Counted from the stretch's first letter, positions 16,465-27,011 are shown. The stretch is DNA of 64,000 nt from Bdellovibrionales bacterium (GCA_965262715.1 OZ253553.1:1-64000), one strand, 5' to 3'. The notes: a model not told the origin generated them from the letters alone. Program-made: numbers and translations.

Positions 16465-17379
16465 GTGATGACAAATGCTTTAGAATTGGAAAACTTAAAA
16501 AAATCATACGGAAATATACAAGCAGTTAATGGTGTTTCTTTTCAGATCAAGTCTGGAGAGATATATGGTCTGCTTGGTCCTAATGGAGCGGGAAAGACAT
16601 CTATTATTTCTATTATTACTTCTCTGGAAAAGCCTCAATCAGGTGTTGTTCATGTGTTTGGTAGGGATATTAGTTTAGAAAACAAAGTCACCAAGAGTTT
16701 GATAGGCTGTGTCCCTCAGGAAGTTGTCAATCATGGGTTTTTTACAGTAGAAGAAGTATTACATTTTTTTTCTGGTTATTATGGACTAGAAGATAATACT
16801 GAGCGCATTAATGCTCTTTTAAGGCGTTTAAGGCTATGGGAGCATAAAGATAAAAAAATCCCTCATCTCAGTGGTGGCTTAAAGCGTCGATTTATGATTG
16901 CTAAGGCTTTGGTTCATGCTCCTAAGCTGCTTTTATTAGATGAGCCGACCGCAGGACTAGATATTGAATTGAGAGCGTCTCTTTTAGAATTTGTTAAAAC
17001 ACTTAATGAGGTAGATGGTTTAAGCATATTATTGACAACACATTATTTAGAAGAAGCAGAAGAGCTTTGTGATACCATTGGTATTTTAAATGAAGGTGTC
17101 TTACAAAAATCTGGCTCTATCAAAAATCTTATAAAACAATTGACTTTAAGACGTGTTGTTTTAAAGCTTAGCAAAAACATCAATGTAAAATCTGATTATC
17201 TTGTTAAGCAAGAAGAAAATCGAGTCACTCTTAAAGTACCTTATAATATAGGTGTTGGGGAGGTCATGGAGCAAATAAATATTGATTCTAAACACATCTT
17301 TGATATAGAGGTGCATGAAGGAGATTTAGAAGAAGTTTTTGTCAATGTTGTTGCGAAAGCAAAAAATGATGAAAAATAA
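16465..17379 (+). CDS. ABC-2 type exporter ATP-binding protein (no adjacent permease)
   Basis: GPNGAGKT Walker A, LSGG signature, LLLDEPT Walker B and H-loop. Confidence 0.92.
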   Translation: MMTNALELENLKKSYGNIQAVNGVSFQIKSGEIYGLLGPNGAGKTSIISIITSLEKPQSGVVHVFGRDISLENKVTKSLIGCVPQEVVNHGFFTVEEVLHFFSGYYGLEDNTERINALLRRLRLWEHKDKKIPHLSGGLKRRFMIAKALVHAPKLLLLDEPTAGLDIELRASLLEFVKTLNEVDGLSILLTTHYLEEAEELCDTIGILNEGVLQKSGSIKNLIKQLTLRRVVLKLSKNINVKSDYLVKQEENRVTLKVPYNIGVGEVMEQINIDSKHIFDIEVHEGDLEEVFVNVVAKAKNDEK

Positions 17380-17633
17380 AACATTATTTCTCTCTTATTT
17401 TTTTATCTAAGATTCCTCTTTCATGTCAAAGCTCATAATTTCAGTTACAGTATACCGGATTGCTTGAACGCCATATCCCGGAACAGAGATGTTGTAAAAT
17501 GCAAAATATTTATTTTTGAGATGGTTTCTAGTCATAAACCTATATAAATATTGATTTTAGGGAGGATATATATGTAAAGTTATAACTAGTTTCTTTATAA
17601 AGATAACTTTCAAAAATAAACTTAGGATGTTTA

Positions 17634-18452
17634 ATGATGATTCTAGCACCAAACATCTCAACAAATATAAAAGATTCAACTTTACTATCTAGAGGTGTAA
17701 AAGATCGCATTTCTATTGTGATTCCAGCTTATAATGAAGAGGCCAGATTACCTTCTACAATTAGAAGCATTAAATCTTTTTTTATAAAACTAGCTTTAGA
17801 CGTGGAAGTGATCATTGTTGTGGAAAAATCAAAAGACAACACTTTAGCACTAGCAAAGCAGTATATAGATGATGAAAGTATTAAAACTCATGCTCATTTT
17901 CAACTCATAGATAACAAAGTCCATCGAGGTAAGGGTTATGCTGTGAAGTCAGGTGTACAATATGCTACAGGAGAGTACATCTTCTTTTGTGATGCAGATC
18001 TTGCTATCCCTTTAGCGGAGATTCTAAGATTTCTCGCAGAGTTTCAAGAACGTCCAGATATTGATATGCTTATTGGTGACAGAAAATACCATCAGTCGTC
18101 TATTAAACAAACTTTTATAAGACGAAAGTTTGGATATATTTTTAATGTCATTGTACGAAAATTAGCAGATTTAAATGTTAAGGATACACAATGTGGGTTT
18201 AAAGCCTTTCGTCATAATGCGGGAAAGGAGATTTTTTCTTCTTTAAAATGTGATCATTTTGCCTTTGATGTGGAGATACTTCTTTTAGCAAAGCATTTTG
18301 GATATACCTATCATAGCCATCCTGTGATCTGTTTGAATAATGACGAAGGCAGTAGTGTTAATTTATGGCTAGACCCGTTTAAAATGTTAAAGGATATTAT
18401 GGTAATGAAATACCGTATTCTAAGAATGTCCCATCCAAGCAAAAATAATTAA
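17634..18452 (+). CDS. GT2 glycosyltransferase, polyprenol-phosphate glucosyltransferase-like
   Basis: IVIPAYNEEARL, RGKGYAVK, DADL, DTQCGFKAF and FAFDVE motifs. Confidence 0.9.
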   Translation: MMILAPNISTNIKDSTLLSRGVKDRISIVIPAYNEEARLPSTIRSIKSFFIKLALDVEVIIVVEKSKDNTLALAKQYIDDESIKTHAHFQLIDNKVHRGKGYAVKSGVQYATGEYIFFCDADLAIPLAEILRFLAEFQERPDIDMLIGDRKYHQSSIKQTFIRRKFGYIFNVIVRKLADLNVKDTQCGFKAFRHNAGKEIFSSLKCDHFAFDVEILLLAKHFGYTYHSHPVICLNNDEGSSVNLWLDPFKMLKDIMVMKYRILRMSHPSKNN

Positions 18453-18595
18453 ATTCTATTTAAATTGTTACTTGAAATAACTGATAGTATATAAGAGGCT
18501 ATTTTTAGAAAAATAGTTATTTTGATCTTAAATATCTTCCAATAAAATTTTTTTCACTTTATAATGATAGAATAACTCTAAGTAAGGGGTTCTAA

Positions 18596-19699
18596 ATGAA
18601 CTTGAATATTGATTTTCCGACAAGAACTATAGAAGCCTTAGTCCAACAGAATAAAACACTTTCAGCAAAACTTATTTCTATTTCAAAGCTCTGTGATGCG
18701 CAAGAAAAAGAAATTAGACAACTTAAAGATCAATATGATATTTCTTACAAAGAGAACCAAGAAAAGGCGGAGAGATACCAAACGCTTTTAGAAACTTATC
18801 AAAAAATACAAACCCTTTATCAAGAATTACAATCATCTTATCAAGAACTAAAAACCTCTCAAAAACAAGCTGAGGATAACTTAGTCAATACAGAAAAACA
18901 ATTTGCAATACAATACACTGAGTTTTTAGAAAAGCAGCAAGCTTTGAGAAATAAAAACTTAGAACTGACATCTTATATCTCTCGTTTTGCAAGATATAAG
19001 AATCGCATTCATATGCGAGTTAATCCTTATCTTAAAAACCTTAAGGAAAAGATCATTCAGAATGAAAGAGAGGATCTTCAACAGAGAGAAAAAATATCAA
19101 CTTTTCAAAAGCAACTCAAGGAGGCCTACCAACACATTCAGCAGATATCTTTAGATATACGTAAAAAAGAAGAAAGCTTTCAAAATAAAATAGAGCATCT
19201 CACTGAAGAGATCAATCAAAGAAAGATGGAAAATCAACATAATAAAAAGTATATAACAGATAATAAGTATTTAAATGAGCGACTCTTAGAAGAGAAAAAT
19301 AAAAATTCTGAGTTAAAGGAAACCTTAACATCAAGAAACCAAGAGATATCTCATTTGAAAGAAGAATATCGTGCGCAGATCGGTAAGCTTCAAGAACAAG
19401 TTCAAGCCCTCTCAGTGGAAAAAGAAGACTCATTTCACCAGCTCAGAATTTTTTCTAAGGAGTTGATCAAAAAAGAAATCAAACAGTCTCAAGTTAATAC
19501 TCTATGGCAAAAAAAGCTCACAACACAGGTGGAAAACTTGCAGAACACTCTTAAAGCAGAAGATTCAAAGAATGCAAAGATAGAAGAGGAGAGGGAGTTT
19601 ATTGAAAATCATCCTTTATCTCAAGACAAAAACAAATTGCATCAAATCTATCAAGCTTTATTAGAAGTGCAAACAGGTATTTTTAAAACAGTTTCTTAA
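18596..19699 (+). CDS. Long coiled-coil hypothetical protein
   Basis: 367-aa ORF rich in E/K/Q/L heptads. Confidence 0.75.
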   Translation: MNLNIDFPTRTIEALVQQNKTLSAKLISISKLCDAQEKEIRQLKDQYDISYKENQEKAERYQTLLETYQKIQTLYQELQSSYQELKTSQKQAEDNLVNTEKQFAIQYTEFLEKQQALRNKNLELTSYISRFARYKNRIHMRVNPYLKNLKEKIIQNEREDLQQREKISTFQKQLKEAYQHIQQISLDIRKKEESFQNKIEHLTEEINQRKMENQHNKKYITDNKYLNERLLEEKNKNSELKETLTSRNQEISHLKEEYRAQIGKLQEQVQALSVEKEDSFHQLRIFSKELIKKEIKQSQVNTLWQKKLTTQVENLQNTLKAEDSKNAKIEEEREFIENHPLSQDKNKLHQIYQALLEVQTGIFKTVS

Positions 19700-19747
19700 A
19701 TTTTATAATCAGTCATATATGAGCTTTTATATTTTTTGACATAAAAA

Positions 19748-19776
19748 AAAGGCAAGTTTTTGAAAAACTTGCCTTT
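19748..19776. terminator. Bidirectional intrinsic terminator between convergent genes
   Basis: aaaggcaagttttt-g-aaaaacttgccttt hairpin with a flanking A run. Confidence 0.7.
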
Positions 19777-19816
19777 CTAAACTGTCATGGATTAAATGAC
19801 AAACTTATATCAGATA

Positions 19817-20872
19817 TTAATTAACAAATAAAGCTGCCTCTTCTGATGACTTCTCTTCTAGCATTGCATCAACAATACCTTGAATTCTTGCTTGTTCAGT
19901 TATAGCATCTTCTGCATCTTGAAGTTCTTGACTAGTTTGTGCAGCTTTTGCTCTTAAAGCAGCTAGAACATTTTGAGCATCTTCTTCAATAGCTTGAATT
20001 CTTACTTGTTCAGCTATAGCATCTTCTGCATTTTGAAGTTCTTGACTAGTTTGTGCAGCTTTTGCTCTTAAAGTAGCTAGAACATTTTGAGCATCTTTTT
20101 CAATACCTTGAACGCTTATAGCATCTTCTGCATTTTGAAGTTTTTGACTAGCTTCTGCAGCTTTTGCTCTTAAAGCAGCTAGAACATTTTGAGCATCTTC
20201 TTCAATATTAGCAATTTCAGTTTCTGATAACAGACGTAATTCTATTCCGTTATCTGAATTGACTGCATAGATTAAGTTAGAAGATGAAGGTTGAACAGTG
20301 CTAGAAGCTTGAATATCTTCAGCAGCTATTTCAAAAACAGCTTTTACTTTGTGGCCGTATTGGTAGCCCAAATCTTTTAATGATTCTTCAGTGAAACTAG
20401 CAGCATAAAGGACTTTCATCATATCCGAAGATATCTCATGAATTTGACCAGAAATACCATTATCATCTCTCTTAACTAGAAAAACGACAACATCACTATC
20501 AGTATCTTCATTCCACCAAGTAGGAACAAAAATCTGAGTATCGTCCTTCAAGATAGAATTGTCTGATGAGTATGGATGCTCTGTTTGGCCTTTAGTAGTT
20601 ATGTTACTAATTTGACTTTCATCATCAAATGAGATTTCAAAAGGAGTATCAAAGTTTTGACTTTCCTCTCGTGTAGTAGGAATAAATTTACCAGCCTTAA
20701 GTAATGCATTTGCTCTATCCATAAGAGTTTCTTCATTATTAAGTTCACGAGTTTCTTCAACATTTTGAGCAGGACTTGCTGTATCTGCTCCTGGTTGTCT
20801 GACTGATGTTGGGGAACATCCAACAGACGTTAGGAAGGCCGAAGCCATAAATAAAACATATAAGTTACGCAT
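19817..20872 (-). CDS. Lipoprotein with three C-terminal ~33-37-aa helical repeats
   Basis: Lipobox SVGC after a hydrophobic stretch; IE(E/K)DAQNVLA(A/T)LRAKAA..SQ.LQ.AEDAI x3. Confidence 0.75.
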   Translation of the reverse strand: MRNLYVLFMASAFLTSVGCSPTSVRQPGADTASPAQNVEETRELNNEETLMDRANALLKAGKFIPTTREESQNFDTPFEISFDDESQISNITTKGQTEHPYSSDNSILKDDTQIFVPTWWNEDTDSDVVVFLVKRDDNGISGQIHEISSDMMKVLYAASFTEESLKDLGYQYGHKVKAVFEIAAEDIQASSTVQPSSSNLIYAVNSDNGIELRLLSETEIANIEEDAQNVLAALRAKAAEASQKLQNAEDAISVQGIEKDAQNVLATLRAKAAQTSQELQNAEDAIAEQVRIQAIEEDAQNVLAALRAKAAQTSQELQDAEDAITEQARIQGIVDAMLEEKSSEEAALFVN

Positions 20873-21507
20873 AGTAATCTCCTATTAGGTTAATGAGCAT
20901 CTAAATTAAGATGTTCATTTAAGTTAAAATTAAAATAAAATAATACAAACTTTGTCTTGTAATTTAGCAAGTGGTATACCAGTTATGCTTTTTAAGATTT
21001 TTATTTTAATAATGTATAGAAATAAAAAGATATAAGACTTTGAAAGCATTATTGAATTTACAAATCTATCTCATTATAAAATTAGATTTATTTTATTTGG
21101 AAAATAATTTGAAAACATGTATTTAGAGACAAAAGTTGTCACTTTAGATAAATTTTGTGACAATTTATGTCTCTTTATCCTTCTGATTTAATATGAAAAG
21201 TTCAAAACAAACAGGCTGTCAGTCTCCCGGGATTTCCGGTTTCCCGGACTACAGAGATAGCAATTAAGCAAGGTTTAACTTAGGTAAATCAGTAAACAAC
21301 AACAATCTTTTTAAAATTATAAAAGCTACGTAAGATCAGTTAATAAGTACCTATATTCTGGCAGTCTGTTATATTGGAGAGCTTGTAAAATATACCTTTA
21401 AAATAGAAGATAGATATAAATGAGTGGAAAATACATAAATTAGTTCTTCTCAAAGAGATGTTAATTGTGCTAAGTCTATCTACATATTTTATTAAGAGGT
21501 TGTATTT

Positions 21508-22053
21508 ATGGATAGGCATTCTTTGTCAACATCTTCTCAAATGACTTACAATCGAGATATTGCTTTTTCAGGAAGTTTTGATCCTATAACTCTTGGGCAT
21601 ATTTCTTTGATAAAGCGCATATTACCTCGTTTTGAGAACATACATATTGTAGTTGCTAGTGGAGGGGATAAGGAACCATTGTTTAATCTTGATGAAAGGT
21701 ACGTTTTAGTTCAACAGTCTTTGAAGGATGTAGAGCTTTTATCTGACCGCATCAAAATAACAAGATGGGAGGGATTGCTTGTAGATTACTGTCAGACCCA
21801 TAACATTCCTTCTATTTTAAGAGGTTTGAGGAATACGAATGACCTTCAATTTGAAAAAATAATGGCAACTATCAATCACCAACTTAATGAACGCATTGAG
21901 ACTATTTTTTTGCTAGCAAATCCTTCTTATAGAGATATTTCTTCAACAGCTATTAAAGAGCTTGCAAGAGTTTGCACAAAGCCTCAGCAATTAAAAAAGT
22001 TTTTGACAAAATCAGTTATAGAAGCATTTCAAAAAAAGGAGCTTACATTATGA
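21508..22053 (+). CDS. coaD: Pantetheine-phosphate adenylyltransferase
   Basis: GSFDPITLGH, ILRGLR and ISST motifs. Confidence 0.92.
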   Translation: MDRHSLSTSSQMTYNRDIAFSGSFDPITLGHISLIKRILPRFENIHIVVASGGDKEPLFNLDERYVLVQQSLKDVELLSDRIKITRWEGLLVDYCQTHNIPSILRGLRNTNDLQFEKIMATINHQLNERIETIFLLANPSYRDISSTAIKELARVCTKPQQLKKFLTKSVIEAFQKKELTL

Positions 22054-23234
22054 TGTTATCAAAAAAAATAAAAACACTTAAACCTTCACCTACTTTAGCT
22101 TTAACTGCGCTAGCTCAAAAGCTCAAATCAGAAGGTCATGATGTTATTAACTTATCTGCTGGACAGCCTGATTGGAGTACATTTCAAAATGTTATTGATA
22201 TAGGTATTAAAGCGATGAGAGAAGGTTTTACAAAATATACACCTTCTGGAGGAATTTCTGAGCTTCGCAGCGCAATTGCAGAAAACTGCAAAAAACATTT
22301 AAGTATTGATTACACTGAGGAGAATGTCACAGTTTCAACAGGATCAAAATTTGTTCTTTTTTCAGCATTGCAGTCAGTCATTGATGAAGGAGATGAGGTG
22401 ATTGTACCTGCCCCTTATTGGGTCAGTTATCCGGAGATGATCCGTTTAGCAGGAGGAAAGCCTGTAGTTGTAGAAACGCAAGCAGAAGATCACTTTAAGC
22501 TTACAGCAGATGAGCTTAGAACAGCTTTGACAGATAGGACGAAGGTTTTATTATTAAACTCTCCAAGTAATCCAACTGGGGAGAGTTATTCTAAGGAGGA
22601 GTTAACAGCCCTTGCTTCTGTGATGGGAGATTATAAAGATACTTTAATTTTCTCTGATGATATTTACAGTCAGTTATTTTTTGATGCAGATTATGCTCCT
22701 CATATTTTAGATGTAGCCCCTGATTTACAGGAAAGGGTGTTGATCTTAAATGGAGTTTCAAAAACTTATGCTATGACAGGTTGGCGTATTGGCTGGGCTG
22801 TAGGGTCAAGAGTTCTTATTAAGGCTATGACGTCTTTTCAAAGTCAATCTGTTAGCTGTGCCACAAGTTTTTGTCAAAAAGCTGCTATAGAGGCACTCAC
22901 AAACACATCTTCTCAAGTCAAACAGGTTGTATTAGACCTAAAAGACAGAAGAGATTTTGCTTATAAACTTTTTAGTGATATTCCAGGATTATCATTAAGT
23001 CTCCCTTCTGGGGGGCTTTATCTATGGATGAATATTTCTTCATTTTTAGGTTCAAATGGCAAATTTACAGATTCTAGAGAGTTTTGTAAAAAACTGTTAG
23101 AGGAGCAGAAAGTGGCGATTGTTCCAGGGATTGAATTTGGAGTTGAGGGATATATAAGAATTATTCATGCTGTTGACAGGGAGACAATGTTAAAAGCACA
23201 TAAAAGGATATCTGAGTTTCTTTTAAGTAAATAA
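22050..23234 (+). CDS. PLP-dependent class I/II aminotransferase (aspartate aminotransferase-like)
   Basis: NSPSNPTG, DDIY and SKTYAMTGWRIG motifs; ATGA overlap with coaD puts the start at 22050. Confidence 0.92.
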   Translation: MMLSKKIKTLKPSPTLALTALAQKLKSEGHDVINLSAGQPDWSTFQNVIDIGIKAMREGFTKYTPSGGISELRSAIAENCKKHLSIDYTEENVTVSTGSKFVLFSALQSVIDEGDEVIVPAPYWVSYPEMIRLAGGKPVVVETQAEDHFKLTADELRTALTDRTKVLLLNSPSNPTGESYSKEELTALASVMGDYKDTLIFSDDIYSQLFFDADYAPHILDVAPDLQERVLILNGVSKTYAMTGWRIGWAVGSRVLIKAMTSFQSQSVSCATSFCQKAAIEALTNTSSQVKQVVLDLKDRRDFAYKLFSDIPGLSLSLPSGGLYLWMNISSFLGSNGKFTDSREFCKKLLEEQKVAIVPGIEFGVEGYIRIIHAVDRETMLKAHKRISEFLLSK

Positions 23235-23266
23235 CTTATCTATAATACACTTTTTACAGATTTAAT

Positions 23267-23295
23267 TTGAAAAATCCTTGTAAAATGGCTATAAT
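23267..23295 (+). promoter_or_regulatory. Sigma70-type promoter for tmRNA
   Basis: TTGAAA-17 bp-TATAAT, 45 bp before the mature 5' end. Confidence 0.6.
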
Positions 23296-23339
23296 TAAGG
23301 TATATCTGTTAAAGATTTTATTTTCAACTATAAGTATAT

Positions 23340-23694
23340 GGGGGTGATTTGGCTTCGACGTAGATTGTGAAGCTTAAAGAGCATGTCAGGGAGAGTGTCC
23401 TTGTTAAAAAAACTCAAACTTTTTAATCGGCAACGATTTAGCTTTAGCTGCATAATTTAAATTGCAGCCGACTCTGAAGATTTTGGTTGCGCATTTTCAA
23501 GAGTCGTCACTTAGCAGCCTTTGATTTTTGTGGGTGATCTTGCCAGCATAAAAATCGAGATCTTACTGGCGGACAGCTTAGGAGCAGTTGTTTGTAGATG
23601 GCTTCTAAACAGCTTCTTAAAATACAAACTAAGCATGTAGGGCTTTAAGGAGAATCATTTACGGACCGGGGTTCAATTCCCCGCACCTCCACCA
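23340..23694 (+). ncRNA. ssrA: Transfer-messenger RNA; tag (A)GNDLALAA* at 23429-23455
   Basis: 5' GGGGGTG...TTCGAC and 3' GGTTCAATTCCCC..CACCTCCACCA; acceptor stem with G3.U70; tag ORF ending ALAA-TAA. Confidence 0.96.
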
Positions 23695-24127
23695 GTGACA
23701 CCAATTCGAACCTTCTTGTTTTAAGCAAGGTATTGTTTAGGTTCAAAACTTTTTATATCATATTCCAAACATGTTTAAGCGCAAAACAAAAACTTGCTAT
23801 GCTGCCAGCCTTCTTTTCTTCTTAGAATCTATTTTTTAAGTTTTTGAAGTTGTTGGATTGAAAGATTTGTTATTTGAGCAATAAGCTGCAGTTCCATATT
23901 TTGCTCTATCATCCGCAAAGCCACCTTTTCCATTCCCTACAGAAAATATAGCAAAAGAAAGAAAGGCTTAGCAAATATACTCAAGGTACTCCTTTTAACA
24001 TTGAATCTATACTCGAAGATCATGAAAAAACATACCTTGTTAGATTTAAAAATGAAAAATAATCTAGCTTTATTAAGTAATTTCAATTATTTAAATTTCT
24101 CTTTTATTGCTTGACGTCAAAAATCAA

Positions 24128-24232
24128 TTGACTTTACTTAGCAATATATATTATTATTAATTATACAAACTCGCCCTATATGTCTTTGTATATATAGGTT
24201 CAGCCTACCTAGAAATGGGTAGGCTTTGTTTT
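24128..24232 (+). promoter_or_regulatory. Promoter plus structured leader with a terminator-like hairpin upstream of the NYN gene
   Basis: TTGACT..TATTAT; hairpin cctatat/atatagg; hairpin agcctacc/ggtaggct followed by ttgttttt. Confidence 0.5.
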
Positions 24233-24242
24233 TTAGGTTCTT

Positions 24243-24840
24243 ATGAAAAAAATTATTGCTTATATAGACGGGTTTAATCTTTATTACAGAGCATTAAAAG
24301 ACACTAAGTGTAAATGGCTTGATCTTGAAGCTTTAGTAAATAACTTAATGGCAAATCATGAAATATTAAAAATTAGATACTTCACGGCTATAGTGAAAGG
24401 AAATGAAAAAGCTTACCATAGACAAGATGCTTATCTTAAAGCTTTAAAAACAAATTCAAAAATAGAAATACATAAAGGCCTATTTAAGTTTAATAAAAAG
24501 CGTAAAAAATATATAGAAAAAAGATCAGATGTTAGCTTAGGTGCTTATATGATATATGATATATGATGCATGTAAATTAAATCATGATTACGCTCTCTTA
24601 ATAAGCAATGATTCAGATTTTTATGAACCACTTATAATCCTTGAAACCAAATTAAATAAACCTGTTATAGTTGTAAATCCAGATAGAGAGGAAGGGTTTC
24701 CTTTTGACTTCCTAAAATTAAATAAAAAATTTGGCATTCCTCTTAAGGAAATACGAATGCGAACTTTAGAAAATTCACAATTGCCAAACCCTGTAATTTT
24801 ATCCAATGGTAAAGAAATTAAAAAACCCACTTGCTGGTAA
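24243..24840 (+). pseudogene. NYN-domain (PIN-fold, LabA/DUF88-like) RNase, frameshifted
   Basis: YIDGFNLYY, EKRSDV and LISNDSDF motifs; 7-bp tandem duplication (gatatat) at ~24551-24564 splits the ORF. Confidence 0.85.
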
Positions 24841-25403
24841 AAATGATAAAAATACCTTTTTTTATTTAAATAATGAATAAAATTCACTTTACTATCAAGA
24901 AAAACTCATTGCTTTTAACTAAGATTTTTAAGCTGTTTCTTGATAGGATTTACAGCTTTTTTATAAGACATAAAAATGAAATCAAAATTAATAAGATTTA
25001 AAGAAGTTTGGGGTGGCGATTTTCGTGCCAACTTCCCTTTTAATTATTTTACTATGGACACTATAAGATATTTTATTTATTATTACCTCTAGCTTATTGT
25101 TTTTATTAAAGAAAACAACAAGCAGGCTCCTGGCTAAAATATTTTTTATCACTACAAGAAATATTCTCATTTTGAATCTATTTTGCTCTAAAATCAAGCG
25201 CAAGCATTTTTTGTCCTAAACGCGTTATAATCAAGATGATTTTTAGACAGTCTTACACGGCATTCTGAAGCGTCTGAAGGCCATTTGTAAAACAGGCTAA
25301 CAGCCTTCAAGATCTTATAAACAAAGAAAGCTAAGAATAAAATAAACAGAGTTTAAGAGAGATAACAGCCTCTTTGATAGAGTTTGTTATAGGTATTAAT
25401 ACT

Positions 25404-25448
25404 CTTTAAACAACTAGGCAAGGAGTTGCACTTACAACTTGAATCCAC
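25404..25448 (-). mobile_element. Isolated IS30 left end
   Basis: gcaaggagttgcacttacaacttgaatccac matches 31311-31341. Confidence 0.8.
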
Positions 25449-25690
25449 TTTATAAATTAATGAATTAATTCATAAAAAATGAACTATCTAGAAAATTTCC
25501 AATATTATAAAAAATCTATTAACGGTCTTCACAAAATAATGAATCCATCTTGCAACTTAAATCTAACATTAAGATGAAGATTGATTTTTATATCTCGAAT
25601 AACTGTTCTCTGAGTGAGCTGCTCTACTTATTCAAGTCATATCCTCGATGTGATTAATACAAAGGAGCTTTGAAAAGTTAAATAAGTATT

Positions 25691-25894
25691 TCAAATGATT
25701 TGAAATTTTAACTCCTTTAATTGTTTTAAAGGAATATGCTCTTTGGCTTTTAATATTTCGATACCAATTACTTTACCATCACTGTCAAAGTCAAGAATGA
25801 CTCCATTTTCTACTTCCTGAGAATCAACAATTTTTTTATTATCATTAAGTCGAATAAAAACAGCGTCTAATTTCTCATCAAAATGAATTCTCAT
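25691..25894 (-). CDS. DUF2283-family putative antitoxin
   Basis: MRIHFDEKLDAVFIRL...GVILDFDSDGKVIGIEIL. Confidence 0.85.
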   Translation of the reverse strand: MRIHFDEKLDAVFIRLNDNKKIVDSQEVENGVILDFDSDGKVIGIEILKAKEHIPLKQLKELKFQII

Positions 25895-25896
25895 AT

Positions 25897-26010
25897 TTAC
25901 CTCTCATTGTACAAATCTTTAATTGTTCGATCAAAGTAAGCTGTTACAACTTTAATAGGATCAACTTTATTATTGATCACAAAACGTAATATTTTATTAT
26001 TATTTTCCAT
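25897..26010 (-). pseudogene. C-terminal remnant of a DUF4258-like toxin
   Basis: Manual translation KILRFVINNKVDPIKVVTAYFDR; located directly upstream of DUF2283. Confidence 0.6.
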
Positions 26011-26135
26011 TATTCATCTAAGATAATGGTTTAAATCACGATTCATTAAAATCACTTTTTTTGTAATCTACCTAGAAAATTTCCAATATTATAAAAAATC
26101 TACTGAGAGCTTTAAAAAAACCAATAAAAACTCAT

Positions 26136-26663
26136 TTATCTGATATTCAAACAAGATTCTTTTGCAAGCTTTTGTAAATATGAATAAGTAATTTTTTGAT
26201 TATCAGAAGTCTTTTGCCCTATATGAGCAAATAAACCAATAGATTCAATAAGAATAGGAGTATCACTAAAAGGACTAGAACTTTCTCTAAATGCTTGTCC
26301 CTCATGAAACCAAATAGGAACTATCTTTAACTTAGGTTTTACATAAGCAATCATTTCCCCTGTAACTTCACTTGCTATATAACGTGTTTCTGGAGAGAAG
26401 AAAAATACTTCACTCGTTGGTAGACCATCTTGTGACAACAGGTTGCAAGACAATTTAATATAAGCAACTTCCTTTTTTAAAAATGGCCATAAAACTAATG
26501 GCCTTAATCCTTGATCTTCTAAAGCCCTCTTATCATTCTCACTTTTATAAACTGTAACAACATCTGGTTTATAAACTTTTTGACTACTCATTTCCTTATA
26601 TTCCTTATCAGATGAACACAAACTTAAGAAAAAAAAACCAAAAATTATGATAAACCATTTCAT
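26136..26663 (-). CDS. Exported hypothetical protein
   Basis: Signal-peptide-like N-terminus; 175 aa. Confidence 0.65.
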   Translation of the reverse strand: MKWFIIIFGFFFLSLCSSDKEYKEMSSQKVYKPDVVTVYKSENDKRALEDQGLRPLVLWPFLKKEVAYIKLSCNLLSQDGLPTSEVFFFSPETRYIASEVTGEMIAYVKPKLKIVPIWFHEGQAFRESSSPFSDTPILIESIGLFAHIGQKTSDNQKITYSYLQKLAKESCLNIR

Positions 26664-27011
26664 AATATTATGGTCGGTTGTCCTTATCTTAAGTTTGAAT
26701 ATATTTTGTTTAAAGTTCTTGTGCTATGATTTAGAAAGTCTCTTAGTAAATGTCCTATTTTAAAATTAATACATATTAACTGAACAATCCTCGACTTGAA
26801 GTGAAGTCGAAAGATTCAAATAGGAGGATCAATTGAAAATTGACTATCATCAACACAATATTAGACAAACCAGAATCCATTAAATATTTTTTATAGCTCA
26901 GGATATAAGTTTCAAGCCCATTTTTTTACATTGAAATCGATTAAGAGATCTTTAATTACTTCTTGAGCTATAATAAATAATAAATCTCAAATTTTAACCG
27001 ATATATAGTTT

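Larger units (their letters stand above)
25488..26102. repeat. 31-bp perfect direct repeats (25488-25518 and 26072-26102) flanking the DUF2283 locus
   Basis: ctagaaaatttccaatattataaaaaatcta occurs twice. Confidence 0.85.

Noticed and set aside
24988..25203. 71-aa ORF
   Set aside because: TTG start, no RBS or motif, in AT-rich intergenic sequence
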